DNA of 64,000 nt from Paludibacter sp. Lineage in GTDB: Bacteria; Bacteroidota; Bacteroidia; Bacteroidales; Paludibacteraceae. The DNA lies in NCBI GenBank assembly GCA_047600405.1, contig JASGLA010000009.1:14416-78415 (forward strand), in the 5' to 3' direction. The stretch's first letter is position 1, and each line of letters starts with the position of its first letter. Of the stretch, positions 1 to 9,277 are shown one piece after another. Position numbers and translations under genes: made by a program. A model generated the notes under the pieces. It did not search any database, was not told the DNA's origin, and saw only the letters and a list, made by a program, of their open reading frames with translations.

Positions 1-2136
1 TTTTACATCATCGAAAGCAACAGAATAATCATTGAGGGTTAGACTTTTCTTAAAAGTGAACCTGAAGCGTTTATATCCTTTCGATTCATCGAGTTTATAA
101 CTCTTGTCTTTGATGTTCAATGCTGAAGTAATCTTTATGCTGTCAACTTTTTCCCATAGGTTTTGTGCATTCAGTCCCTGAACGAGAAAGCCTCCATTCA
201 GTCCCTGGGCCAGAACACCTCCACTGTTGTCAGATACAGACCGGATAAAAAACGAAAGGTTGGCGACAGGTAACATATAAGTTTCTGTTTCAATGTATTC
301 GTTGTTGTTTTCAAACAAAATAGCAGGAGCAGTTCCGCTGTACACATTTGAGTCGGTGGAATTTGAAGCCAGGATAATCCAACCCGGAGGTGGGTTAAGT
401 CTGTTGTTGAATTCCTCGATTAGTGATGATTGTCCTTCGGATATGTTGTAAACGGTCAGGTAATATCCGGTAGCAAAATTTACAGGTTTCCAGGTTGCAT
501 TGAAGCTGGTGTAGGTGGTGTCATTGGCTATATTCGCTACAGGTGGAACAACATTGACTTTTACTGAGTCCCAGTGAAACGTAATTAATCCGCTGGTTTC
601 TTTTATAGTGTAAGCCATTCGTTTAATTGCCGTTCCATCCAGCAAAACAGGCATAAAATAGGCATTTTTACTGGTTCCGGGGAATGGATCGCCCGGCAAA
701 TTATAGTCGCTGGCAACCCCATCGGCTGTCACAAGGCCAACTCCCAACGCATCAGCATTGTTATTTACAGTGTTGTCAGCCCAGGTAGATGCATTATAAT
801 TGATATGGCTCACAAGCATGCCATGGCCGGGGAGGTAGGTGTCCCAGCCACTTTTTTGTCTGTTTTCCAACAAAAAGAATTCAGCAGAAGACGGGCTTGC
901 TCCGTTGAGATTGTGGTTCCCTGTTTGAGAAATGAGATAAGCCATGTTGGCTGTACTTAGGGCATTCAGGCTAAAATCGCCTTTTTCTTTTAATTCGGTC
1001 GGTGCAAGCCATCCCAGAAAAAAACGTTCATAGCCAGAATAGCAAGGAGGCGTACGCCCGGCATTCAAATACGGGCCGGCATCCATAATATCCCAAAAAG
1101 AGAGTGTGAATTTATCCTGATTGTCTGTATTGTAAAGATCCGGAAGTCCGAGCACATGTCCGAATTCATGTGTAAATGTACCTATACCGCACATGTTTGT
1201 TCCGGAAGCATCCCTGAGCTCCGAGGTACATGCATATCCATATACAGCCACACTGTTGAATTTTGTATTCGTGTTATTGAGCGACCAGCGATGCGGCCAA
1301 ACTGTATTCGCGGCAGCACCTTCGGCTTCATTGTAACCGGCATAGTAAATAAAAACGTTGTCAACTATTCCGTTTTTGTCAGTATCGTAAACGGAAAAAT
1401 CCACGCCGTTTGCTGCTGCCAGCGTACAAGCATCGATGACCATTTGTTGAGGATTAACGTCATCCCCACTTGAATCGTTTTTGCCATAAAAATCCATTTT
1501 CTGAGGCAGGTTAAACGGACCGGCTACGTCAAATTGGGGATCAAAAACGCCCATAGAATTGTCTCGGAAATAATCTCTGGCAGAACCGGTTCCCCCGTTG
1601 GCAGAATACCCTTTTTGATTCAGCAGGTCATTGAAAGCTGTTTTAGGGGTAGGCGTTACAAAACTTTTATCCGAAAAATTTACAAGGATAACTAACGATC
1701 TGGGTGAACCAGTCACCGGAAATGTTTTTTGGAAAGCCTCGGTCTGCGTAGAAACTGTATTTGATGGCGAACGCATAATGCGTTGAGACTGGCTTACTCG
1801 TCTTAATGTCTGATTTTTTGGAAGTGTATTCAGCAGTTTTCTTTCTGCTGCATTACGGTTGCCAACATTTCTGGCTTTTATGTTTGTGCTTACCAGATTA
1901 CCCTTTTCATCCTGGTGTGCGTAGGTAAGTATATTTCTGCTGTCAGGAACCAGCGCATACCCATCCACTGTTGTTTTATAGTGAAATCGCTCATCACCCC
2001 GAAGCCTGAAAGTTATTTGGGTGCCATCGGCTTGAGTAACAGTAACCGGATGGGGGGTTGCCCGCACAGCCAATAGGTTTGATATGGGGATAAAGGATAG
2101 TGCGAATACAAGTAACTGTCTAAGAAAAATTCTCAT
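1..2136 (-). CDS. M6-family (immune inhibitor A-like) secreted zinc metalloprotease, 3' end runs off the window
   Basis: Not in the ORF track because it has no stop in the window. Hand translation of two stretches: ATG at 2136 gives MRIFLRQLLVFALSFIPISNLLAVRATPHPVTVTQADGTQITFRLRGDERFHY (typical M6 N-terminus); GIGTFTHEFGHVLGLPDLY (HExxH motif) at about 1135-1190. Confidence 0.88.
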   Translation of the reverse strand, partial: MRIFLRQLLVFALSFIPISNLLAVRATPHPVTVTQADGTQITFRLRGDERFHYKTTVDGYALVPDSRNILTYAHQDEKGNLVSTNIKARNVGNRNAAERKLLNTLPKNQTLRRVSQSQRIMRSPSNTVSTQTEAFQKTFPVTGSPRSLVILVNFSDKSFVTPTPKTAFNDLLNQKGYSANGGTGSARDYFRDNSMGVFDPQFDVAGPFNLPQKMDFYGKNDSSGDDVNPQQMVIDACTLAAANGVDFSVYDTDKNGIVDNVFIYYAGYNEAEGAAANTVWPHRWSLNNTNTKFNSVAVYGYACTSELRDASGTNMCGIGTFTHEFGHVLGLPDLYNTDNQDKFTLSFWDIMDAGPYLNAGRTPPCYSGYERFFLGWLAPTELKEKGDFSLNALSTANMAYLISQTGNHNLNGASPSSAEFFLLENRQKSGWDTYLPGHGMLVSHINYNASTWADNTVNNNADALGVGLVTADGVASDYNLPGDPFPGTSKNAYFMPVLLDGTAIKRMAYTIKETSGLITFHWDSVKVNVVPPVANIANDTTYTSFNATWKPVNFATGYYLTVYNISEGQSSLIEEFNNRLNPPPGWIILASNSTDSNVYSGTAPAILFENNNEYIETETYMLPVANLSFFIRSVSDNSGGVLAQGLNGGFLVQGLNAQNLWEKVDSIKITSALNIKDKSYKLDESKGYKRFRFTFKKSLTLNDYSVAFDDVK

Positions 2137-2366
2137 AAATAAAGATTATCAGGCAAAGGTAATTAAATTATCAGCAGCTTAACAGGTTGGTTTTATCTTT
2201 GTACAGATAAAAATTATGATTTTACCGGAAAAAATGTTTTATTTTCTGAAAAATAAAACAAAATATCAGGATAAACGAACCCGTTTCTTGACTGGTGCTC
2301 AGCAAAAACCTTGCCTTTGTGGAAGTCAAATGATCTTATTCAGTCCGGATGCAAGTGTCTATATTA

Positions 2367-2735
2367 TTATTTCATGAAAACGAAATAAACTGCAAGAACC
2401 AGGCAGGCAAATGCAGCCAAATGATTCCACTGAAGGCCACCTGTTTTAAAAACGATGGAAGAAAATATGACAAACACCACCAATGTAACAACCTCCTGGA
2501 TCACTTTTAGCTGCATAAGTGTGAAGGTTCCGCCGTTGCCTACAAAGCCAATTCGGTTTGCCGGCACCTGAAAGGCATATTCTGCAAGCGCCACCAGCCA
2601 CGAAAACAGGACAACGCCATATAAGGGCAAGTTATTCGTTACGCCCGTCTGTTGAAGTTTTAAATGGCCGTACCAGGCTGTAACCATAAAAATATTGGAT
2701 ACAATCAAGAGTAGTATCGTATATATTGCATTCAT
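2367..2735 (-). CDS. DMT-family small membrane protein (DUF486-like)
   Basis: 122 aa, 4 hydrophobic segments, SNIFMxxAWYGHLK and EYxFQVPANRIG motifs. Confidence 0.85.
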   Translation of the reverse strand: MNAIYTILLLIVSNIFMVTAWYGHLKLQQTGVTNNLPLYGVVLFSWLVALAEYAFQVPANRIGFVGNGGTFTLMQLKVIQEVVTLVVFVIFSSIVFKTGGLQWNHLAAFACLVLAVYFVFMK

Positions 2736-2818
2736 TTTGTGCTTTATCCTTTTTGTTTATAAAAAATTTTTCAGTCAATCATCACATTACCAAATCAATA
2801 CATTACCTCATCAACATA

Positions 2819-3592
2819 TTAATTCACCTTTTTCGGCAGATACTCCGTTTTAATATTCTCCATAGCCGCCCAAATACTCTGCCGGACATCGGGATTCCAT
2901 TTTTCCAGTTCGGTAATCAGATTTTTGGCATCGCGGCGTGAAGAATCTTTTTCGTGCGGACAGTTTTTTATCTGTTTCTGATAATTACGCATGCGTTCCA
3001 GCTCCTTCATTTCTTTTTCAGAAATCAGTGCTAATGGACGAATAATCGTCATGTCAAATTTTTTCATTTTCAAGCGGGGTGGCATTGTCCCGAACGATCC
3101 CTGGTAAAACAGGTTCAATAACAAAGTCTCAGTCATATCATCGAGGTGGTGTCCCAGCGCAATTTTGTTGCAACCAAGCTCCTTTGCTACCGAAAAAAGT
3201 GCTTTGCGGCGATGCCACGAACAAAGAAAACAGGTAGATTTGCGTGTGTCTGTAGTATCATCAAAACGGGTTGCATGATGAACAAATGGAATTCCGAACT
3301 GCTCGCAATGGCTTTTCAGGTATTCAAAATCGGATTGATAGGCAATGTTTTCAACGGTGATATGAACTGCGGTAACTTTGAACCGTGGAACAAATATTTT
3401 CATTCGCTCGCCGAGCAGCTCAACTAACGCCAGCGAGTCCTTTCCGCCGGAAAGCCCGATAAGTATGTGGTCATTATCATCTATCAGCCGATAATCATTA
3501 ATTGCTTTTCTGAATTTATTTCTGATGTTGTGAAGTGTTTTTAAATCTGCTTTGTTCAGTTCTTCCATATTTTTGTTTTTTTCGGGGCACAA
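2819..3592 (-). CDS. ttcA: tRNA 2-thiocytidine biosynthesis protein TtcA family
   Basis: PP-loop SGGKDS, CxxC (CFLCSWHRR), GHHLDD, IRPL; start may be the ATG near 3568. Confidence 0.85.
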   Translation of the reverse strand: MCPEKNKNMEELNKADLKTLHNIRNKFRKAINDYRLIDDNDHILIGLSGGKDSLALVELLGERMKIFVPRFKVTAVHITVENIAYQSDFEYLKSHCEQFGIPFVHHATRFDDTTDTRKSTCFLCSWHRRKALFSVAKELGCNKIALGHHLDDMTETLLLNLFYQGSFGTMPPRLKMKKFDMTIIRPLALISEKEMKELERMRNYQKQIKNCPHEKDSSRRDAKNLITELEKWNPDVRQSIWAAMENIKTEYLPKKVN

Positions 3593-3746
3593 AATTACGA
3601 TTATTCAGTGTAATTATTATCAATACATGTAAAGTGATTAGTTTTTTTTATCATTTTTCGATGAATTCAAATCCTTGTAATCATGTTTGTTAAGTGAGAC
3701 GTGGATAAATAAATGACAAAAAATCGCTATTTTTTTACTTCAGGTA

Positions 3747-3777
3747 TTTGCAAATTCTCAAAAACGCACTATCTTTG
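3747..3777 (+). promoter_or_regulatory. Bacteroidota sigma-A promoter of the tRNA operon
   Basis: TTTG (-33) at 3747-3750 and TATCTTTG (-7, consensus TAnnTTTG) at 3770-3777, about 60 nt upstream of tRNA-Gly. Confidence 0.7.
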
Positions 3778-3839
3778 CACCGCAATTGAGAAAACAATTG
3801 CAAAAAATGAAAGAAGTTTCATTTTTTTATTTACAAATT

Positions 3840-3912
<73 letters not shown>

Positions 3913-3975
3913 CAACGAATGAATAGCGAAACGTGCGTGTTTCGCTTTTTTTCTCTAAAGTTGTTTTTATTAATT

Positions 3976-4059
3976 GCCCAAATGGTGGAATTGGTAGACA
4001 CGCTAGTTTCAGGGACTAGTGGTCGTAAGGCTGTGCAGGTTCGAGTCCTGTTTTGGGCA
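3976..4059 (+). tRNA. tRNA-Leu(CAG)
   Basis: GCCCAAA/TTTGGGC acceptor stem, CTAGT-ttCAGgg-ACTAG anticodon arm, long variable arm, GGTTCGAGTCC. Confidence 0.96.
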
Positions 4060-4144
4060 CTATCTAGTTAATCAATTATTTAATTTCCAATTTTCAATTA
4101 AGTTATATTGATAATTGGAAATTGATTTATTGGAAATTTATGTC

Positions 4145-4228
4145 GCGCAGATGGTGAAATTGGTAGACACGCTACTTTGAGGGGGTAGTGCCGGTTACGG
4201 TGTGTGAGTTCGAGTCTCATTCTGCGCA
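4145..4228 (+). tRNA. tRNA-Leu(GAG), prophage integration target
   Basis: GCGCAGA/TCTGCGC acceptor stem, CTACT-ttGAGgg-GGTAG anticodon arm, GAGTTCGAGTCTC T-arm; 3' part duplicated at 26667-26696. Confidence 0.96.
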
Positions 4229-4230
4229 CG
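4201..4230 (+). repeat. attL core
   Basis: TGTGTGAGTTCGAGTCTCATTCTGCGCACG, identical to 26667-26696. Confidence 0.95.
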
Positions 4231-4290
4231 TTACTACTTAAGTAGTTGATTAAGTGCGAAATACTGTAGTGTTTCGCACTTTGCATTAAA

Positions 4291-4312
4291 AAAAGCGCAA
4301 CAAAAGCGCAAC
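4291..4312 (+). repeat. Putative integrase arm-type sites (left)
   Basis: Tandem AAAAGCGCAAC x2; a similar pair lies near attR. Confidence 0.55.
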
Positions 4313-4346
4313 AAAAATAAATCACAATTACATTCATTTTTTTACG

Positions 4347-5540
4347 GTGGCTATTAGTCATTGTAAAAAAAAAATGTCCACACTAAAAAATTTCCCCGAA
4401 TACTCCGGTACAATTACAAAGTATCTGCCGGCCGTGCTGAAAGAAAATAAAAGCGGTTGGATCATTGAGTATTATTGCGAACATCCAGTTACGCAAATTT
4501 TAACCAGAAAACAAATCAAATTGCAACGTATTGTTAGCCGGTATAAATCGGTTAAGGATGCCCGTGCTCATGTTTCCCGGATGGTTATGGCTTTGAATGC
4601 TAAACTTTCGGGTGGTTGGAATCCTTTCTTTTCAGCTGAGGATGCGCGCTTGTACGAAAAATTTTCAACGGTTACGGATTTGTTTTTGAAAGAGAAAAAG
4701 AAAGAAAAGCGCGAAAATACTTACCGTTCGTATGAATCATTTTGCAAGATGCTAAACGAGTGGATAAAAGTAAATTCGCCCGATTTGCTTTGCTCCATGT
4801 TTAGCCAGTTGTTTGCGGTTCGGTATATGGAATACATGTACAACGAAAGGAACGTAAACCCAAATACATACAACAATCATATCAAAATGGGGCGCGCTTT
4901 ATTCAACTGGATGAAAGAACGTTGCTACACAAAGCAAAATCCATTTGAGGCCGTTAAGGTGAAAGAAAAGATCGAAAAGACACGTATTATTATTCCGAGG
5001 GATGTACGTATAAAAATCATTCAGGATTTGCAGGTAAATAACCCTCAATTATTGCTACTTTGCAAGCTTGTGTATAATAGCCTGATCCGACCGAGTGAAA
5101 TTAAATTGCTTAGGATTGAATCCGTAAACCTAGAAAAGCGTTATATCTTTATTGATAAGAAAATAGCCAAAAACAAAAAGAGCCGTTTTGCTGCCATTAA
5201 TCAGGACATTATAGATTCGTTCCTGGCTATGAATTTAGAACAATATCCGGCCAGCTATTTTATTTTTGCTGAAGACTTGAACCCGGCACCGATGGGAGTA
5301 AAGAACGGATATTATTCGAAGCGGTGGGATAAACTCCGGAAACGTATTGATCTACCTATGGAAATGCAGCTTTATAGTCTAAGGGATACCGGAATACATG
5401 AAATGCTTAAAAGTGGTATTGATGACCTTTCTGTAATGCAACATGCGGATCACTCCAGTTTAGAAATGACTACTTTGTACGGTAATCATTTCGATCCGAA
5501 CCTGAATACATTGATATACGAAAAATCCCCGGTATTCTAA
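4347..5540 (+). CDS. Tyrosine recombinase / phage integrase
   Basis: LIRPSEI (Arg), KNKK, YSLRDT, HADHSS...TLY catalytic motifs; adjacent to attL; start may be the ATG at 4374. Confidence 0.93.
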   Translation: MAISHCKKKMSTLKNFPEYSGTITKYLPAVLKENKSGWIIEYYCEHPVTQILTRKQIKLQRIVSRYKSVKDARAHVSRMVMALNAKLSGGWNPFFSAEDARLYEKFSTVTDLFLKEKKKEKRENTYRSYESFCKMLNEWIKVNSPDLLCSMFSQLFAVRYMEYMYNERNVNPNTYNNHIKMGRALFNWMKERCYTKQNPFEAVKVKEKIEKTRIIIPRDVRIKIIQDLQVNNPQLLLLCKLVYNSLIRPSEIKLLRIESVNLEKRYIFIDKKIAKNKKSRFAAINQDIIDSFLAMNLEQYPASYFIFAEDLNPAPMGVKNGYYSKRWDKLRKRIDLPMEMQLYSLRDTGIHEMLKSGIDDLSVMQHADHSSLEMTTLYGNHFDPNLNTLIYEKSPVF

Positions 5541-5541
5541 C

Positions 5542-5579
5542 AAAAAAATCCCTGACAAAATTAATTGTCAGGGATTTTT
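5542..5579. terminator. Bidirectional intrinsic terminator between integrase and late operon
   Basis: AAAAATCCCTGACAA-loop-TTGTCAGGGATTTTT. Confidence 0.8.
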
Positions 5580-5748
5580 ATAAATCGGGAAATCCATATT
5601 AAAGACTGGTATCAGGTCTACTCGCCTACTTGAATAATGATAAATGAAAAGAGAATGGAAAAAAAAGAATAAATCTTCTACTTTCGAACTTTCGTACTTT
5701 TGTTACTTCCCGTATGTGTTTGAATGATTACTTTGCAAATGTACTTCT

Positions 5749-6183
5749 TTATTTCTGATTACCAAATATTTTGCTGAAAAACTTTGCAATAGGATTAAAG
5801 TTTTTAGCCAGGAACCACAACAGCCACATAATAAATACTCCGGATGCAATTTCACCGACTACTATCATGGTTTGTTGATACCAGGTTAGTTTTTTCTCAA
5901 TCGAAACTTTTACGATTTTTTCTACCGGTACCGGCTTATCAATATACTTATAAACAGAATCTATTTTGATTCTGATCTTATCTTTATACAGCGTTTTAAA
6001 TACCTGGTAGAATACGGTATCACCTTTTTGCGTTATCCGGATGCTGTCATGTTTGAAAACATTTACACTATCTACTTTTACCCGGTCGATGTACTGAGTG
6101 TCATGGATGATTATTTGTTTAGCCTTGCACCCGGCAAGCAATAAGCAACAAACTGAAATGAGTAATAAGATTAATTTTTTCAT
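5749..6183 (-). CDS. Lipoprotein with C-terminal TM helix, unimolecular spanin-like
   Basis: MKKLILLLISVCCLLLAG-C lipobox, beta-rich middle region, C-terminal TM segment; last gene of the late operon. Confidence 0.6.
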   Translation of the reverse strand: MKKLILLLISVCCLLLAGCKAKQIIIHDTQYIDRVKVDSVNVFKHDSIRITQKGDTVFYQVFKTLYKDKIRIKIDSVYKYIDKPVPVEKIVKVSIEKKLTWYQQTMIVVGEIASGVFIMWLLWFLAKNFNPIAKFFSKIFGNQK

Positions 6184-6551
6184 ACGGCTACACGTGTTGG
6201 ACATTTTTTATTAAAACATAAGTTTGGTTTCATTTCTTCCTTTTCCCGCTTCATAGCTTCGATATCCTTTGTGTTCTGCTCTACGGTTTGAGCCAGGGCG
6301 GTGAAGTCTGCACGTGCCTGATCCCGCTCCTCTTTGAGCAGTGTTTTATCGGTTCGTAAATCCGTTATAGTTTCCTGGTAAACATCTTGCACGCTTGCCA
6401 TAGCATCAGCCTGGGCTTTTTGCTTAGTGAACTTAAGAGTAATGAAACCTCCTAAACCTCCAGAAAACAAAATTGATACAACGGTAATTATCCATTGCGA
6501 ACCATCAGAGTAACCAACATCAACCGGATTTAAAAACTGCAATAAAAGCAT
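6180..6551 (-). CDS. Holin-like or lysis accessory protein (TM + coiled coil)
   Basis: Single N-terminal TM (WIITVVSILFSGGLGGFITL), heptad coiled coil, overlaps the spanin-like gene. Confidence 0.5.
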   Translation of the reverse strand: MLLLQFLNPVDVGYSDGSQWIITVVSILFSGGLGGFITLKFTKQKAQADAMASVQDVYQETITDLRTDKTLLKEERDQARADFTALAQTVEQNTKDIEAMKREKEEMKPNLCFNKKCPTRVAV

Positions 6552-6576
6552 ATATTGAAAGTTTAATTGTTTTTAG

Positions 6577-7701
6577 TTATGTCATATTATTAATGTGATT
6601 TACAGCAGCCTCAACATCTATACATCCAAAACCTCTGTACATATCCCAATTAGAATCATCTATATTTGGAATTCCAGCAATATTTCTCTTTGCTGTAGCC
6701 CTGGCTGCCTCCCTTACTATATCCCAACTAGCACCAGTTCTCAATCTGATTACTTTCAATTTTCCGGCAACTAATGGAACAGCCCATGATTGAGCCTGTC
6801 CACCAATATATTCTCCTAATGTTCCAAGATGCCAAGAATATAATGTAGTTCCTACAATTGGAGTAAGCGCTGGAAAAACATTGAAATTATCACAATCAAT
6901 AAATGAAGTAATTGTAGTATGCTCTTCCTGTCCATCTGCTTTTACAACCCAAATATCCTGTCCTAACCAAAAAGTAGGACTGATAACAGGTGAATTTGAT
7001 TGAGTACGCGCATTGGAAATGATTGTACCGGCTTCATTTGTTTTGCATTCCCAGAAACAAATTGGTATATCCTTGTCCGGATAAACCGGATTCAATGCCT
7101 CAGGAGAACAATCCTCAAAAAACTCCATACCAAAACCATAACTTGTACTTTTCATAAACCCTTCCGGCGTATCCCTTCTAGCGCTTACAGCTACAGAATT
7201 TATTAAAAGTGTCCCAGCGTTAGGGGTTAAATCATGTCTATCATCATTTCCTAATATACCATCAGTACCATCGTTATCATAATGAGAGCCTATGGGTAGC
7301 ACAAAATCATAATATTCACCATTTGTCCATGTTGCAGCATTCACGTAAGGAGTATAAACGATATCTGCTTTTGCAATTTTGGCATACTCTAACATTTTAC
7401 TTGAATTAAATCCACCTTTAGGAAACAAATCGGTATTATAAGATTGAATCGAAGTACACCTATTCCTATAATTTTTAGTAATAGCATTAAATATTACTTG
7501 ATTTTTTTCAGAGTGACCAACATCTCCTATCCCATGATTATTGATAGCATTTTCGCCAAAATCTGACAATACATATCCACCAGTTGTAATGACATGAGGT
7601 GGTGAAGGAGGATTTCCTTCTCCTACTTCATTGCCTGGTAGTACTACTTTATTAAAATAAAGACCCCTATTTATCTTCATGAAGTCATATAATGAAGACA
7701 T
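6577..7701 (-). CDS. Divergent subtilase (S8)-like phage protein
   Basis: VLSDFG / GHSEKN / QSWAVPLVAG resemble the D-H-S triad contexts; C-terminal GFGCIDVEAAV resembles the S8 terminal motif. Confidence 0.5.
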   Translation of the reverse strand: MSSLYDFMKINRGLYFNKVVLPGNEVGEGNPPSPPHVITTGGYVLSDFGENAINNHGIGDVGHSEKNQVIFNAITKNYRNRCTSIQSYNTDLFPKGGFNSSKMLEYAKIAKADIVYTPYVNAATWTNGEYYDFVLPIGSHYDNDGTDGILGNDDRHDLTPNAGTLLINSVAVSARRDTPEGFMKSTSYGFGMEFFEDCSPEALNPVYPDKDIPICFWECKTNEAGTIISNARTQSNSPVISPTFWLGQDIWVVKADGQEEHTTITSFIDCDNFNVFPALTPIVGTTLYSWHLGTLGEYIGGQAQSWAVPLVAGKLKVIRLRTGASWDIVREAARATAKRNIAGIPNIDDSNWDMYRGFGCIDVEAAVNHINNMT

Positions 7702-7711
7702 GGTGTTATGT

Positions 7712-8905
7712 TTAATAGTTTATATTTACCATTTCAGCATCATTTTCTATACAGAAAATCACCCTGTCACCTACTGCCATTTGAGAACTAATATCACCAT
7801 AGTTACTTTTGCAGTAAAAAAATCTACCATAATTAGAGATTGCATTTACTCCAAAACCAGCTTCTTTACAGGAACAATGCGAAAAAGAACCACCTAAAAG
7901 CTCAGAGGAATATTCACCATCGCAGGATCCAAACCCATAATCGCCAGTATGACAATTATCAAAAATTGCATTAGCGCCAATTTTAGCGGATGATCCGAAA
8001 CAGTAATTCCCACCCTTACAATTTTTAAATGTAGCATGTACTAGCCCCAATCCTGAATTTAAGTAACTTGCAAATGAATTATCCCCGGCTTCACAATTCT
8101 CAAAATAACCATATACAGCCAAGGCATTATAACCAAAAGAATTATAAACCGACTTACAATTAATAAATCTAGCTGCCTCATTTATAAATGAATTGAAAGC
8201 GTTAAATCCGCTTGCAGTACATTCACAGTTAATAAATGTCCCTCCTAGATTGTCATCCATGACAGAAAAGGACTCTACACCACCAATGCAATTATCAAAT
8301 ACGGTAGTAAGGTCTAATGCATTGATTATTTGTATTTTTTGTTCTCCGGCATCAAATCCTTTTAAAAGAACATTTGCCGTAGAAACTTTTAATCCATTTA
8401 TTTTGATATCTCTATTTCCGGTCAAACTTACAATATCCACACAATTAGTATCTACGGTAAATGAGTTATTGATATTAAATTTGTATTCGCCAGGCGCTAC
8501 TATTACAGTGATTTTTGTTGATTTGGCTTGAATTTCAGTAATATCTGAGTATTGTATGTTTTCAGATGGGCTATCAATAAAATCAACCACACAAATACCA
8601 TATACGCCAGCACCTACATCATGAAATGTTTGCCCCTTATATACAGTAATTAATGTTTGACTACTACTGTCAATATCGCCGATATATCTAGGCATGTTTT
8701 TGGCTGCATTATATACAGCTTGTAGTTCAGCAGCATTTTCAGTTGGTGTGCCAACTCCATATACCATAAGATAGTTAGCACCATTTTTACTTAGTTCTGC
8801 TATAGCATCCGTCACCGCTTTTTGGCTCATTACGGATGTAGTGCTTTGTCCGGTGTTTTGCAGTACGGTATTACCACCGCCTGCCTTATCCTGCATGCTT
8901 ATCAT
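7712..8905 (-). CDS. Putative receptor-binding spike/fibre with parallel beta-helix repeats
   Basis: N-terminal VLQNTGQSTTSVMSQKAVTDAI motif familiar from Bacteroidota phage fibres; repeated FxNCxxGxxSF units. Confidence 0.6.
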   Translation of the reverse strand: MISMQDKAGGGNTVLQNTGQSTTSVMSQKAVTDAIAELSKNGANYLMVYGVGTPTENAAELQAVYNAAKNMPRYIGDIDSSSQTLITVYKGQTFHDVGAGVYGICVVDFIDSPSENIQYSDITEIQAKSTKITVIVAPGEYKFNINNSFTVDTNCVDIVSLTGNRDIKINGLKVSTANVLLKGFDAGEQKIQIINALDLTTVFDNCIGGVESFSVMDDNLGGTFINCECTASGFNAFNSFINEAARFINCKSVYNSFGYNALAVYGYFENCEAGDNSFASYLNSGLGLVHATFKNCKGGNYCFGSSAKIGANAIFDNCHTGDYGFGSCDGEYSSELLGGSFSHCSCKEAGFGVNAISNYGRFFYCKSNYGDISSQMAVGDRVIFCIENDAEMVNINY

Positions 8906-9168
8906 CTCTTATAAGGTGTGAAGTAAGTTTTGATAACTAAAACCCGTTGATCGGCTTCAACGTTGGCAAACTTCACGGCCATGGGTTCGCCGATGATTAC
9001 ATTCGGTAAATTGTCAAAACCAAAAGTTGATCCGGGTAGTACTGGTATATTGTCGTTGACGAAAGCCACATCGGCACCCAAATTTTTAAAGAAGATAGAG
9101 GCAAACCCATCCGGTGTAATTACTTCCGGCTGACTTATTACGCTATTTTTAGTTGTTGCTTTGTACAT
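8902..9168 (-). CDS. Small beta-rich virion protein (hypothetical)
   Basis: 88 aa, alternating hydrophobic beta pattern, translationally coupled to the spike gene. Confidence 0.55.
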   Translation of the reverse strand: MYKATTKNSVISQPEVITPDGFASIFFKNLGADVAFVNDNIPVLPGSTFGFDNLPNVIIGEPMAVKFANVEADQRVLVIKTYFTPYKR

Positions 9169-9277
9169 TATTTTAGTGATAAATGGTTAGTGATTAGTGT
9201 TTAGTGTTTAGAGCTTTTACGTGTAAACCAGTAAATTAAACCGCCTGTGAGCAGGATTGCCCCGATACTTATTTTAG

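Noticed and set aside
1156-1473. Short ORFs 1156-1473 (+) and 1182-1364 (-)
   Set aside because: Shadows of the M6 protease gene on the minus strand
6577-8905. Diversity-generating retroelement acting on the spike
   Set aside because: No reverse transcriptase and no template/variable repeat pair seen
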